Source of the DNA: Verrucomicrobiia bacterium
Lineage (GTDB): Bacteria; Verrucomicrobiota; Verrucomicrobiia; Palsa-1439
Assembly: GCA_050013395.1 (NCBI GenBank)
Contig: JBEKFI010000008.1
Location: 1-54,852, forward strand
DNA length: 54,852 bases
Direction: 5' to 3'
Shown here: one piece after another, positions 39,965 through 49,451 of the stretch
Layout: the number at the start of each line of letters is the position of its first letter
Position numbering within the stretch: the first letter of the stretch is position 1
The notes under the pieces: model-generated
The model's input: only the letters and a program-made list of their open reading frames with translations
Database searches by the model: none
Told to the model about the DNA's origin: nothing
Translations under genes and position numbers: made by a program

Positions 39965-40944
39965 ACTGGAAAGGCAAAAAAGTGCTGGTGACCGGTGCAG
40001 GGGGCTTCATCGGGAGCCACCTCGTGGAGCGATTGGTCAGTTTGGGCGCGGACGTCCGCGGGTTGGTGCACTACAACTCGCTTGGGTCATGGGGATGGCT
40101 GGATCACCTGCCTGTTCGTAACGAGATCGAAGTGATTGCCAGCGACATCTGTGATCGGGATGGTTTGCGGCAGGCCATGAAGGATCGGGAGATCATCTTT
40201 CACTTGGCTGCGTTGATTGCCATTCCCTATTCCTACCATGCTCCCGCTTCGTATGTCCGCACGAATGTTGAAGGAACGCTGAATGTGTTGCAGACGGCGC
40301 GGGATCTGGGTATGGAACGCGTCGTGCATACTTCCACCAGTGAAGTGTATGGCACCGCACGGTATGTCCCAATCGATGAGAACCATCCCCTTCAGGGTCA
40401 GTCGCCGTATTCTGCAAGCAAGATTGGCGCAGATAAGATGGCGGAGGCTTTTCACCTTTCTTTCGGTTTGCCGGTGGTAACCGTGCGACCTTTCAACACG
40501 TTTGGCCCTCGCCAATCGGCCCGCGCTGTGATTCCTACTATTATCACCCAGTGCTTGTCTGGCGAGAAAGTGCAACTGGGCAACCTGCACCCAACGCGGG
40601 ATCTGAACTTCGTGGCGAACATAGTGGACGGCTTCGTTCTCGCCGCCACCGCCGATGGCGCAGTTGGCAAAACGATCAACCTCGGCTCCGGTAAAGAAAT
40701 CAGCGTGGGTGACTTGGCGGAGCGAATCGCGAAGTTGCTGGGTTGTACCCTGAATCTGGCGTCTGATGAGGCGCGCATCCGGCCAAAAGACAGCGAGGTG
40801 GAACGTCTGTTGGCTGACAACACCAAAGCCCGCCAGATTCTGGGCTGGGGGCCGGCGGTCAGTCTCGACGACGGGTTGCAGCAAACGATCGAGTGGATGC
40901 GGGCAAATTTGGAGCGATATCGCCCCGGCGTTTATGTCATCTAG
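39961..40944 (+). CDS. NAD-dependent 4,6-dehydratase (LegB-like)
   Basis: TGAGGFIG, HLAALIAIPYSY, TSTSEVYG, QSPYSASK; likely CTG start in CTGA overlap. Confidence 0.88.
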   Translation: MNWKGKKVLVTGAGGFIGSHLVERLVSLGADVRGLVHYNSLGSWGWLDHLPVRNEIEVIASDICDRDGLRQAMKDREIIFHLAALIAIPYSYHAPASYVRTNVEGTLNVLQTARDLGMERVVHTSTSEVYGTARYVPIDENHPLQGQSPYSASKIGADKMAEAFHLSFGLPVVTVRPFNTFGPRQSARAVIPTIITQCLSGEKVQLGNLHPTRDLNFVANIVDGFVLAATADGAVGKTINLGSGKEISVGDLAERIAKLLGCTLNLASDEARIRPKDSEVERLLADNTKARQILGWGPAVSLDDGLQQTIEWMRANLERYRPGVYVI

Positions 40945-40954
40945 AACCCTTGAC

Positions 40955-42127
40955 ATGTCCTCACCCGTCGCAATTCCCCTATCCGTGCCCTTCCTCTGTG
41001 GGAACGAGTGGACGTACGTCAAGGAGTGCCTGGACACGGGGTGGGTTTCGTCGGCCGGTACGTTTGTTGATCGCTTTGAGCAGGAGATGGCGGGCTACAC
41101 CGGCGCAAAGTACGCCGTGGCCTGCGTCAATGGCACGGCGGCGTTGCATGTGGCCTTGCGCATTGCTGGCGTTGTGCCTGGCGATGAAGTGATTGTGCCC
41201 ACGGTCACGTTCATTGCGACGGTGAACGCCGTGCAGTACGTGGACGCTCATCCGGTCTTCATGGATTGCGACGAGTTCTACAACATTGATATCGAGAAAA
41301 CTCGTGAGTTCATCCTGGACGAAACCGTTTTCAGAGACGGTCGCACTTACAGCAACCGGACCAATCGGCGGATTGCCGCCATTGTGCCCGTCCATGTCTT
41401 TGGGAATGCCGCCCGCCTGGAAGACCTGCTGTCTGTGTGCCGCGAGCGGAATATCCGAGTCATCGAGGACGCAGCCGAGAGTCTTGGAACTGTGTATCGC
41501 GATGGCGAGTGGAAAGGCAGGCACACAGGAACCATTGGCGACATCGGCTGCCTGTCGTTCAATGGGAACAAGATCATCACCACCGGCGGCGGCGGCATGA
41601 TTCTGACCGACAACCCAGCGCACGCCGCGCGTGCCAAGTACCTCACCACCCAGGCGAAGGACGACGACGCGCGGTTCATTCACCACGAGATCGGGTACAA
41701 CTACCGGTTGACCAACGTGCAGGCGGCGATCGGAGTTGCCCAGTTGGAGCTACTTCCACGATTTTTAGAAGTGAAGCGGCGGAATTTCAACGCGTACGAG
41801 AAACGGCTGAAACCGGTGGCCGGGCTCCATCTGGCCGAGACACCCGGGTACGCCAGGAACAACCATTGGATGTATCCACTACAGATCGACGCCGGCGTGT
41901 TTGGTCGTGACCGGGAGCGCGTGATGGCGGATCTGGCCCGGCAGGGGATCCAGACGCGGCCTTTGTGGTATTTGAATCATCGGCAACGCCCGTATCAGAA
42001 CTGTCAGCACTACCAAATCGCACGTGCGGACGAGCTGTGGCAGAAGACCCTCTGTCTTCCCTGCTCGACGAATCTGAGCGAGGCGGACGTCGAACGCGTC
42101 GTGCAGACGTTGGTGAATCCATCATGA
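40955..42127 (+). CDS. LegC-like aminotransferase
   Basis: ECLDTGWVSS.G, EDAAESLG, SFNGNKIITTGGGG, YLTTQAK. Confidence 0.9.
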   Translation: MSSPVAIPLSVPFLCGNEWTYVKECLDTGWVSSAGTFVDRFEQEMAGYTGAKYAVACVNGTAALHVALRIAGVVPGDEVIVPTVTFIATVNAVQYVDAHPVFMDCDEFYNIDIEKTREFILDETVFRDGRTYSNRTNRRIAAIVPVHVFGNAARLEDLLSVCRERNIRVIEDAAESLGTVYRDGEWKGRHTGTIGDIGCLSFNGNKIITTGGGGMILTDNPAHAARAKYLTTQAKDDDARFIHHEIGYNYRLTNVQAAIGVAQLELLPRFLEVKRRNFNAYEKRLKPVAGLHLAETPGYARNNHWMYPLQIDAGVFGRDRERVMADLARQGIQTRPLWYLNHRQRPYQNCQHYQIARADELWQKTLCLPCSTNLSEADVERVVQTLVNPS

Positions 42128-42765
42128 AGGACCTTGTCATCGTTGGCAACGGCGGTTTGGCCAAAGAAGTCGCATTCCTGGTCGAGGAAGTGAATCGGGC
42201 CGCGCCAGTGTGGCGGCTGCGGGGATTTGTTGCCAGTCAATCGGAACTGGTTGGGAAACAACATCTCGATTACCCGATCCTCGGAACAGATGAATGGCTC
42301 GAACAACAGCAGGAGGATCTCGCGGTTGTGGTAGCCATCGGCAAGCCTGCCGTGCTACGCACAATCCACGAGCGCATGAGGCGTAATCGTCACCTTCTTT
42401 TTCCCAATCTGATTCACCCCCAAGTGGTCGGCGATTGGCGGCGGATTCAGCTTGGCGAAGGGAACATCATTCTGAATGCGGCGTCCATGACCACGGCGAT
42501 CCGTATGCAATCATTGAACGTCATCAACCCCGGCTGCACCGTAGCGCACGATTGCATGTTGGGCAGCTACAACCTCATTAGTCCCGGCGCCAACCTGTCC
42601 GGCAACGTGACGCTCGGCGACCGAGTGTTGGTCGGCACCGGCGCACAGGTATTGCAGGGGCTGCGCATCGGCGACGACGTAGTGATCGGTGCCGGAGCAG
42701 TCGTCACGAAGGATTTGCCCGAGCCGGGCGTGTACATGGGCGCGCCGGCGCGCCGGCGGGAATGA
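42124..42765 (+). CDS. NeuD/PglD-like sugar acetyltransferase
   Basis: VAIG, PNLIHP, AHDC, hexapeptide repeats. Confidence 0.92.
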   Translation: MKDLVIVGNGGLAKEVAFLVEEVNRAAPVWRLRGFVASQSELVGKQHLDYPILGTDEWLEQQQEDLAVVVAIGKPAVLRTIHERMRRNRHLLFPNLIHPQVVGDWRRIQLGEGNIILNAASMTTAIRMQSLNVINPGCTVAHDCMLGSYNLISPGANLSGNVTLGDRVLVGTGAQVLQGLRIGDDVVIGAGAVVTKDLPEPGVYMGAPARRRE

Positions 42766-42769
42766 GAGT

Positions 42770-43486
42770 ATGAAAACGTTGGTCGCGGTCATCGCCTACA
42801 ACGAGGAGCAGAACATCCGCGCGACACTCGCGGATTTACAGGCGCACAACTGCGGGTTCGACATCGTGGCGATTGACAACGGCTCGTCCGATGCAACGAC
42901 GCGTCTCTGCCGCGAGATGGGCGTGCCTGTCGTGGCGCATTGCATCAACACCGGCGGCTCGATGGGGACCGTCACCAGCTACTTCAACTACGCCCATCGA
43001 CGGGGCTATGATTGCCTCTGCCAGTTCGACGGCGACGGCCAGCACATCGCGGCGGAGCTGCCGAAGATCATCGAGCCGGTCCGCCGGGGCGAGGCTGATT
43101 ACGTCATCGGCTCGCGCTTCCTCACCGGCGAGGGCTTCCAGTCGACGGCGGTACGGCGGTTGGGCATCCGGTTGTTCGCGTGGATGGACTCACAGATCAT
43201 GGGCCGGAAGGTGATGGATGTAACGTCGGGGCTCCGAGCGTACAGCCGACGGGTGATTGAGTTTTTCGGGCACTCCTATCGGGGGGAGTTGCACGATACC
43301 AACCAGTTGTTGTTGGTGAGCCACTTCACCGGCGCGCGGGTGCTGGAGGTGGCGGTGCAGATGCGACTGCGCGAGCACGGAGCGTCCGAATATGATTTCA
43401 TCAACGCGGTGGCGTATCCGTTCCTGGGCGCGGTGAACATTCTTGGCGTTTGGCTGCAAAAGCAGCGAATCCAGAAAATGAGGTGA
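42770..43486 (+). CDS. GT2 glycosyltransferase (polyprenol-phosphate glycosyltransferase-like)
   Basis: AYNEE, DNGSSD, FDGDGQH, IGSRF, DVTSGLR. Confidence 0.9.
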   Translation: MKTLVAVIAYNEEQNIRATLADLQAHNCGFDIVAIDNGSSDATTRLCREMGVPVVAHCINTGGSMGTVTSYFNYAHRRGYDCLCQFDGDGQHIAAELPKIIEPVRRGEADYVIGSRFLTGEGFQSTAVRRLGIRLFAWMDSQIMGRKVMDVTSGLRAYSRRVIEFFGHSYRGELHDTNQLLLVSHFTGARVLEVAVQMRLREHGASEYDFINAVAYPFLGAVNILGVWLQKQRIQKMR

Positions 43487-43490
43487 CTGT

Positions 43491-43892
43491 ATGGGATTAC
43501 GCATTAAGCTGATCACCTTCGTGCTGGGTGTGCTGTTCCTAGGCGTGGTGTTGCGCAACGTGCGGCAAAACACGTTTCGGCCCGTCTATGCGGTCTTGTG
43601 GTTGTTCATTTCAGCGTTCCTGCTCTCTGTCGCGTTGCTGGAACCGCTGTATCGGTGGATTGCCACCTCGCTCATCGGCATCAACGATGCGCGGCACATC
43701 ATCTACATCGCGCTCATCGGTTTCCTGCTGGTGTACAACCTGTATCTCACGGCCATGGTCAGCCGTATGTCAAACCAGATACGGGAACTGATCACGCAAA
43801 CAGCCATTCTCGAGAACAAAGCGGCAAAATCCGAGCGCATAAACCTCAACGACCGGAACACCACTCCGAGCCAGCCAAGCGCGATGCCATGA
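43491..43892 (+). CDS. DUF2304 family membrane protein
   Basis: Three TM helices, YAVLW, LIGI, C-terminal IRELITQTAI; follows GT2. Confidence 0.8.
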   Translation: MGLRIKLITFVLGVLFLGVVLRNVRQNTFRPVYAVLWLFISAFLLSVALLEPLYRWIATSLIGINDARHIIYIALIGFLLVYNLYLTAMVSRMSNQIRELITQTAILENKAAKSERINLNDRNTTPSQPSAMP

Positions 43893-43936
43893 TCGAGTCC
43901 GCCACCCTTCGTGCCGCCTTGCCGGCTCTTGGTCTG

Positions 43937-44461
43937 TCAGGCCGCTCCACGGCCGATCTCGGCCACTGGCTTAATGGCGCGGGCGGGATTGCCCGCCACG
44001 AAAGTCCAGTCGGGCACATCCTTCGTGACCACAGCGCCCGCCCCAACGATGGCTCCTTCGCCCACTGTGACACCAGGCAAAAGGATCGCGTTGACGCCGA
44101 TGTGTGCGCCCCGCTTGATCCAGACGGGCTTAACATGAATGCCCTTGACCACAGCACACTGCGGTACAGTAGGCGAGAAATGGGTCAGGATCACCGCACC
44201 TCGGGTCAGGTACACGTAGTCTTCGACATGGACCAGTTTGGGGAACCGCGAATCGATAAGCACGCCGCCGGCAATGAAGACAGTGCGACGATTTGTGAAA
44301 TCTACTCCACGCAACTGGTGCAGCCAACTGAGCAAACTCGACGGCCCCGGCAGGTAGGACGCGATTACGCCAGCAATCACTCTGAGCCACGTCCGCCACG
44401 TCAGTGGCGGCAGCCCTTCAACGACCCGCCGCTCTTCGGTAACTGCCTTTACTACTTGCAT
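43937..44461 (-). CDS. Hexapeptide-repeat acyltransferase
   Basis: ILTH, IGVNAILLPGVTVGEGAIVGAGAVVTKDVP..VAGNPAR. Confidence 0.9.
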   Translation of the reverse strand: MQVVKAVTEERRVVEGLPPLTWRTWLRVIAGVIASYLPGPSSLLSWLHQLRGVDFTNRRTVFIAGGVLIDSRFPKLVHVEDYVYLTRGAVILTHFSPTVPQCAVVKGIHVKPVWIKRGAHIGVNAILLPGVTVGEGAIVGAGAVVTKDVPDWTFVAGNPARAIKPVAEIGRGAA

Positions 44462-44483
44462 CGGTATTACCCTTAGCCTATCC

Positions 44484-45075
44484 ATGAGCGCTATGGCAAC
44501 CCAAATGAAAGCGCTCCAGGAACAGTGAACGCAAGGACTATCGAGGTTTCTTGGATGCCCGGTTTCATGACCGTGGCGATTTACCTGTGCCGGGGGACCT
44601 TTTTCTGGACAAAGGCTCCCAACAATGAGCTCAAGACCAACTTGAAACTGACGGGCGAAGCTTTTTTGGCTGGCTAACCAAGATGGAACACCGAGAACGA
44701 GCGCGATGCATCGGCTTACAACCGTGCGGCGTACGCAGCCGGGACGGAGTTTTCTTTGACCACGCTCCGGTGTATGCATATTTCCTGGCTGCCTGCTACA
44801 GGATTGGCGGGGTTAGGATGTTATCCATCGCGATCCCTCAAGCGATTCTGTCTGGCCTAATCGGTGTTATGCTCGCCTTGGCAGCTTGGTATTTGGCCTC
44901 GCGAAATAAAGGAATTGCTGCCGTGGTCGCCTCCGTGTTGATTCTTATCAGCGTACGAATAGCTACGTTTGTCGGCTACATCAACCCCGCCCGCCTGTTG
45001 CTGTGTTTGTCCTGCGTGGCCTTCCTCGTGAGTCTGCTGGAACAGCAGAAGGCTTCGAAGAAGCGAGTCGAGTAA
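44484..45075 (+). pseudogene. Frameshifted, truncated GT-C membrane glycosyltransferase paralogue
   Basis: DASAYNRAAY (cf. DSYAYNRLAY in the next gene) in one frame, HAPVYAYFLA in another; ends early. Confidence 0.65.
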
Positions 45076-45105
45076 AAGACTTGACGGCTCACTGCTGGCT
45101 GGGGC

Positions 45106-46485
45106 ATGAGTACGGCTATGACTGAAACAGCCCCAACGATGACAAACCCGTGCCGTCCGAGAAGGCCGGTGATGGTGGGGATCTTCTGCTTGGTTTTCCT
45201 GTTCGAAGCGGGCTTCGGCCTGTATTACGCTCAGTCGGAGTTCTCCAAGAAAGGCTGGACGTCTGCCATTGACCCATTCGCCCGTGGTTTGACCTATATC
45301 TTTCCCCCAGGGCGGGAGTATCGGTTTGACGATTCTTACGCCTACAACCGGTTGGCCTATTCACTTTTGGAAAAGGGCGGTTTCTATAACCCGCTCGGCC
45401 AGGTTTCGGCCTGGGTCACGCCCGGTTATCCGCTGGCGTTGGCCGTGGTGTACGGGGCATTTGGGTACTCATTCTTGGCGGCGCTCTTGCTCAACGCACT
45501 GTGTGTCACGCTGGCTTATTACTTCCTTTTTCGGCTGAGTCGGGAACAATTCGGGCCGTCGGTTGCTTGGATTGTGTTGGGCTTGCTGGCGCTTAACCTC
45601 CGGATCAGTTACCACGTGGGGTACGCATACAGCGACCTGTTGTTTGTCTGTCTGTTAAGCGTGACGGTGTACCTCGCACATCGGGTATTGTCGGAACCCA
45701 ATCTTGGGTGGCGCTGGTTTTTCTGGCTGGGCGTAATCGCGGGGTACGGCACCTTGGTGCGTCCGGTGATGGCGCCGGTCTTGGCAGTGCTGGTGGTCGT
45801 TTCCCTAATGCAGCGTGTGCCTTGGCCGAAACTGCTGCTGGCTTGCGCCTTAGCCGCACTGGTTTTCTGTCCATGGGTGATTCGGAATTACATTCGCTTC
45901 GGGCGGTTCGTGATCTCCACCGCCAGCGAGCAGAGTTGGGCGTTCGTGGATTACGAGGCGTACCGCAACTTCTCTTTTTGGGATTCGTATCGGGTGATCC
46001 ACCCGGCGAAGATGGTGCCACAGCGGGTGGTGCAGAAGGCGCAGCAACTCGGGGAGACGGGCACCTTGTCCATGGAACGAACCTCCTATCTATTGGAACG
46101 AACCTCCTATCTATTCCGCGAAGACTTCCAACAGTGGCGCCGTCAGAACCTTGGCCTCTACCTCTGGGTGTGCGCTTGGCGGTTCAAGAGTATGTTGATG
46201 CCGTACACGGCGGACATGTCCGTGCGCAATCAGCACATCAGCTTGGCAGTCTGGTGTCTGACATTTCCACCGGCGGTCGCGGCTGGGTTCTGGCTGTGGC
46301 GGAACAAATTCTACTGGATTACATGGGCGCTCGTGGGCGCGCTATCAGTGCTGCCAGCGTTGCTGGGGGTGGATATGTACTTGCGCTACCAGCTTCCTGG
46401 GCAGTTGCTGTTATCCGTACCGGCGGGGTTCTTTTTTCACAGTGTGTATGAGCAAGCTCGCCGACGAGCGGCAACGGAGGTGTGA
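45106..46485 (+). CDS. GT-C fold (ArnT/PMT-like) membrane glycosyltransferase
   Basis: DD..Y..LA, PGYP, LVRP, PWVIRNY, RY.LP; many TM helices. Confidence 0.8.
   Translation: MSTAMTETAPTMTNPCRPRRPVMVGIFCLVFLFEAGFGLYYAQSEFSKKGWTSAIDPFARGLTYIFPPGREYRFDDSYAYNRLAYSLLEKGGFYNPLGQVSAWVTPGYPLALAVVYGAFGYSFLAALLLNALCVTLAYYFLFRLSREQFGPSVAWIVLGLLALNLRISYHVGYAYSDLLFVCLLSVTVYLAHRVLSEPNLGWRWFFWLGVIAGYGTLVRPVMAPVLAVLVVVSLMQRVPWPKLLLACALAALVFCPWVIRNYIRFGRFVISTASEQSWAFVDYEAYRNFSFWDSYRVIHPAKMVPQRVVQKAQQLGETGTLSMERTSYLLERTSYLFREDFQQWRRQNLGLYLWVCAWRFKSMLMPYTADMSVRNQHISLAVWCLTFPPAVAAGFWLWRNKFYWITWALVGALSVLPALLGVDMYLRYQLPGQLLLSVPAGFFFHSVYEQARRRAATEV
46073..46114 (+). repeat. Perfect 21-bp in-frame tandem duplication
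   Basis: TGGAACGAACCTCCTATCTAT x2 (ERTSYL repeated). Confidence 0.95.
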
Positions 46486-46491
46486 GTGTTT

Positions 46492-48891
46492 TCACGATCG
46501 GCGTTGCTGGTGTTTGTGGCTCTGACTGCCTCTAAGAACTTGGTAATCACCGATTGGTATCTGTGCTATCGGCTGCCCATGAAACTGCTGCTTGCGGCCT
46601 ACGCGGGCGTCGCGTACTCGGGGTGGCTGCGGCGAGCCTGCGCTTGATCGACGATGCCGCGCGGATAGCTGCTCGAACACCTCGATCATTCGCTGCCCGT
46701 ACTGCTCGTGGGTGTAATAGCTCGCGAACTTCTTGCGGTTGGCCTCGCCCATGCGCTCTCGGAGACCGGGGTCGTCGGCAAGTTGGAGAATCTTTTCCGC
46801 CAGATCGGACGGATTCTGCTCTTCCACGAGCAGCCCGTTAACGCCATCCTGAATGATTTCAGGAATGGAGGCGCGTCGTGTGGTCACCACGGGCAGCCCA
46901 GCCCACATCGCCTCCAGCAGCACGAAGCCAAAGGTCTCGAAATAGTAGAACGTGGGGAAGGCCAGTACGTCGGCCTCCGCAAGCGCGCGCCATTTGGGTT
47001 CACCGGTCACCAACCCGATGAACTCCACCTTCGGCGCGAGGCCGTGGGCACGGATGAATTGCTCCGCCTCGATGCGTTCCTGCTCGCGCCACCACGCGCC
47101 GGCAAACACAAAGCGCGCGTTTGGCTGGCGAGCCAACACAAGCAGCGCGGCTTCCAGCAGCACGAACACCCCCTTTTCATGGATCAAGTTGCCGAGGTAC
47201 AGAACGGTGAACGCATCGGCGCGCTTGTTTGCGTTCGCCAGTGGTTGTGGTGGTTCGATGCCGAGCGGCACAACGAAGATCCGCTCGGGCGGAAGCCACG
47301 GCTCGAAGTTGAACCGCAGTCGTTCGCCGAGCACGATGGCGGCAGCGGCTCGGCTGACTGTGCGGTCGATCAGTCGTCGCACCCAGTGCGGCGAACGCTC
47401 GCGGAAATCGGGTAAGTTGTTTCCGTGCGCCCACAGCACCGTCGGCACGCGGAAACCCAACGCGAGCAGCAGTGCGTCCTTGAGAAATGCGTTGCGATTG
47501 AACGCGACGGGGTAGCAGATGAAGTCAAAACGGCATGTCAGCAGATGCTGAAGTTCGAGCACGAAGAACTTCGCGAGCTTCAGAAGTTTGCCGGGGCGAA
47601 ATTGTTCGAGTTCCCGAATCTCGGTGACGACGCTGAGGTTGATGAATGTCACGTCGAAGTGTCGGGGAAATTCCGAGTGCAGCAGCGCCCTGTAGGCCGT
47701 GGACGGGCCGAAGTACGGCGGCGGTAGGTAGCCGAACAGCAGGATTCTTGGCCTCGACGATGTCTCCATCAACTTGATCGTCGACCCAACAGCTTGAGAC
47801 CAAGAAAACGACTTGGCGCGTTCCCTCCCTGCCTCGATGAGCCGGGTACGCAGATGAACGTCGGTCATCACGTCCTGCATCGCTCGGCAAAAACCATCGG
47901 TGTCGTCGGGATCGACAATCAAAGCTGCGTCGCCCACGGTCTCGGGCGTCGCGTGCCGATTCGAGGCGACGATCGGAGTGCCCGCAGCCATGGCTTCAAT
48001 CAGGGGATTGCCAAAACTCTCGTAGTACGAGGGAAACACTAGCGCCTCCGCGCCCCAGTACAGATAGGCCAGTTCATCGTGAGGACGATGACCGACCAGC
48101 CGCACTTCGTCTTGCATCTGGAGTTCTTGAATCTGGCGCCGCAATAACCGTCTGTACCGGTCGGACCCGATCCCTTTGCCAGCCATCACCGCGGTGAGGT
48201 CGGCACGGCGCGTGTGCTGGCGCAGCGCGTGCACCGATTCGACAAATTGCAGCGCACCCTTGTAGTGCCACAGCGCGGACACGAACAGGAAATACGGCCG
48301 CCGCACGCCCATGGCCTCCAAGCGGCGATCGATTTCCGCCTGCTCCGGGCGTGGCGCGAACTTGTTGATGTCCACGCCGTGGGGTATGACCGTGATTTTG
48401 TCGGGCCGCGCGCCCATGAAATTCACGATGTCGCGGGCAATGCTCTGCGAAGGCACGAGGATGCGACGCGCCAACCGCACGGTGACCCAAGACAGGGCCT
48501 TGCGGTGGAGTCGCTGCAGCAGCGGCACCTCTTTGGGAAAGTGGTAGTACAGCGTGCTCCGGATCGCCACGACCATGGGTTTCAGCACGAATGGCGAAAG
48601 GAAATTGCCAGGGAAGTACACCACATCCAGCTTCTTGCCGATCAGCCGCAACGGCAGCAGAAACTGCTCGCCGAGCACCTTTGCCCAGGACGAGCCGCTG
48701 GTGCCGGGAATGACGATCTTGTGAAAGTTCGGAGGCAGCCCCCCCCACAAGTCCTCGGTCGGCCCGCTGTAGAAAATGTAGAACTCATGCGGCAGGTCCA
48801 ATTCTGCGCAGGCGCGCACGAAATTCACCAGGTACGTGCGCCCTCCGGTGTCCTGCGAAATTGGCCCCAGCGCGTTGATCCCGATTCTCAT
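46492..48891 (-). CDS. Two-domain GT4-GT4 fusion glycosyltransferase
   Basis: Two GT4 motifs: ESFGNPLIEAMAAG and ETFGFVLLEAMWAG. Confidence 0.9.
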   Translation of the reverse strand: MRIGINALGPISQDTGGRTYLVNFVRACAELDLPHEFYIFYSGPTEDLWGGLPPNFHKIVIPGTSGSSWAKVLGEQFLLPLRLIGKKLDVVYFPGNFLSPFVLKPMVVAIRSTLYYHFPKEVPLLQRLHRKALSWVTVRLARRILVPSQSIARDIVNFMGARPDKITVIPHGVDINKFAPRPEQAEIDRRLEAMGVRRPYFLFVSALWHYKGALQFVESVHALRQHTRRADLTAVMAGKGIGSDRYRRLLRRQIQELQMQDEVRLVGHRPHDELAYLYWGAEALVFPSYYESFGNPLIEAMAAGTPIVASNRHATPETVGDAALIVDPDDTDGFCRAMQDVMTDVHLRTRLIEAGRERAKSFSWSQAVGSTIKLMETSSRPRILLFGYLPPPYFGPSTAYRALLHSEFPRHFDVTFINLSVVTEIRELEQFRPGKLLKLAKFFVLELQHLLTCRFDFICYPVAFNRNAFLKDALLLALGFRVPTVLWAHGNNLPDFRERSPHWVRRLIDRTVSRAAAAIVLGERLRFNFEPWLPPERIFVVPLGIEPPQPLANANKRADAFTVLYLGNLIHEKGVFVLLEAALLVLARQPNARFVFAGAWWREQERIEAEQFIRAHGLAPKVEFIGLVTGEPKWRALAEADVLAFPTFYYFETFGFVLLEAMWAGLPVVTTRRASIPEIIQDGVNGLLVEEQNPSDLAEKILQLADDPGLRERMGEANRKKFASYYTHEQYGQRMIEVFEQLSARHRRSSAGSPQPPRVRDARVGRKQQFHGQPIAQIPIGDYQVLRGSQSHKHQQRRS

Positions 48892-49098
48892 GGTGTGAAC
48901 CGCAACGTATCCTCAGTGCGACTCTAATCTGCCCAACGTTCCGTAACATGTCGAGGAGTTTTGCTCGCGGTGTCTCATCGCGTCGTCGGTGGTCGCCATG
49001 GGAACAGCGTTGATCATGCGTTGTCCAACCATCCTAATCACACGCGGTGCTTCGCCTTCCCTTGACAAAACGGTCAGAACCGAGCATAAAACCACTAG

Positions 49099-49297
49099 CC
49101 CGGATTATTCACGATGCGCTTGAAAGCTCGATAGTCTGTCACAGCTCGACCCCTCACCCTGACCCGCCTGCGCCGAGGCTTCGGCGGGCAGGCCCTCTCC
49201 CTTGGAAAGGGAGAGGAGAAATCTCCTCGCCCCGCATGCGGGGAGAGGATCAAGGTGAGGGGCAGTTAGTTGCGCAAAACTTCATGAATAAGTCAGG
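49099..49297 (+). mobile_element. MITE copy D (199 bp)
   Basis: Same termini; flanks CTAG / CTGG. Confidence 0.88.
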
Positions 49298-49451
49298 CTG
49301 GGTGCCTTCGGATAGAATCAGGGCAAAATGGACAAGACCCACCGTTGGCTTTACAGCCAAATGACTGGAAGGTAGATTTGAGAGAGAAGTGATCCGTATC
49401 TTAACACGATCTCCTGCCGAGGGAGGCCAATAGACGGACAGGTCAAACGCC

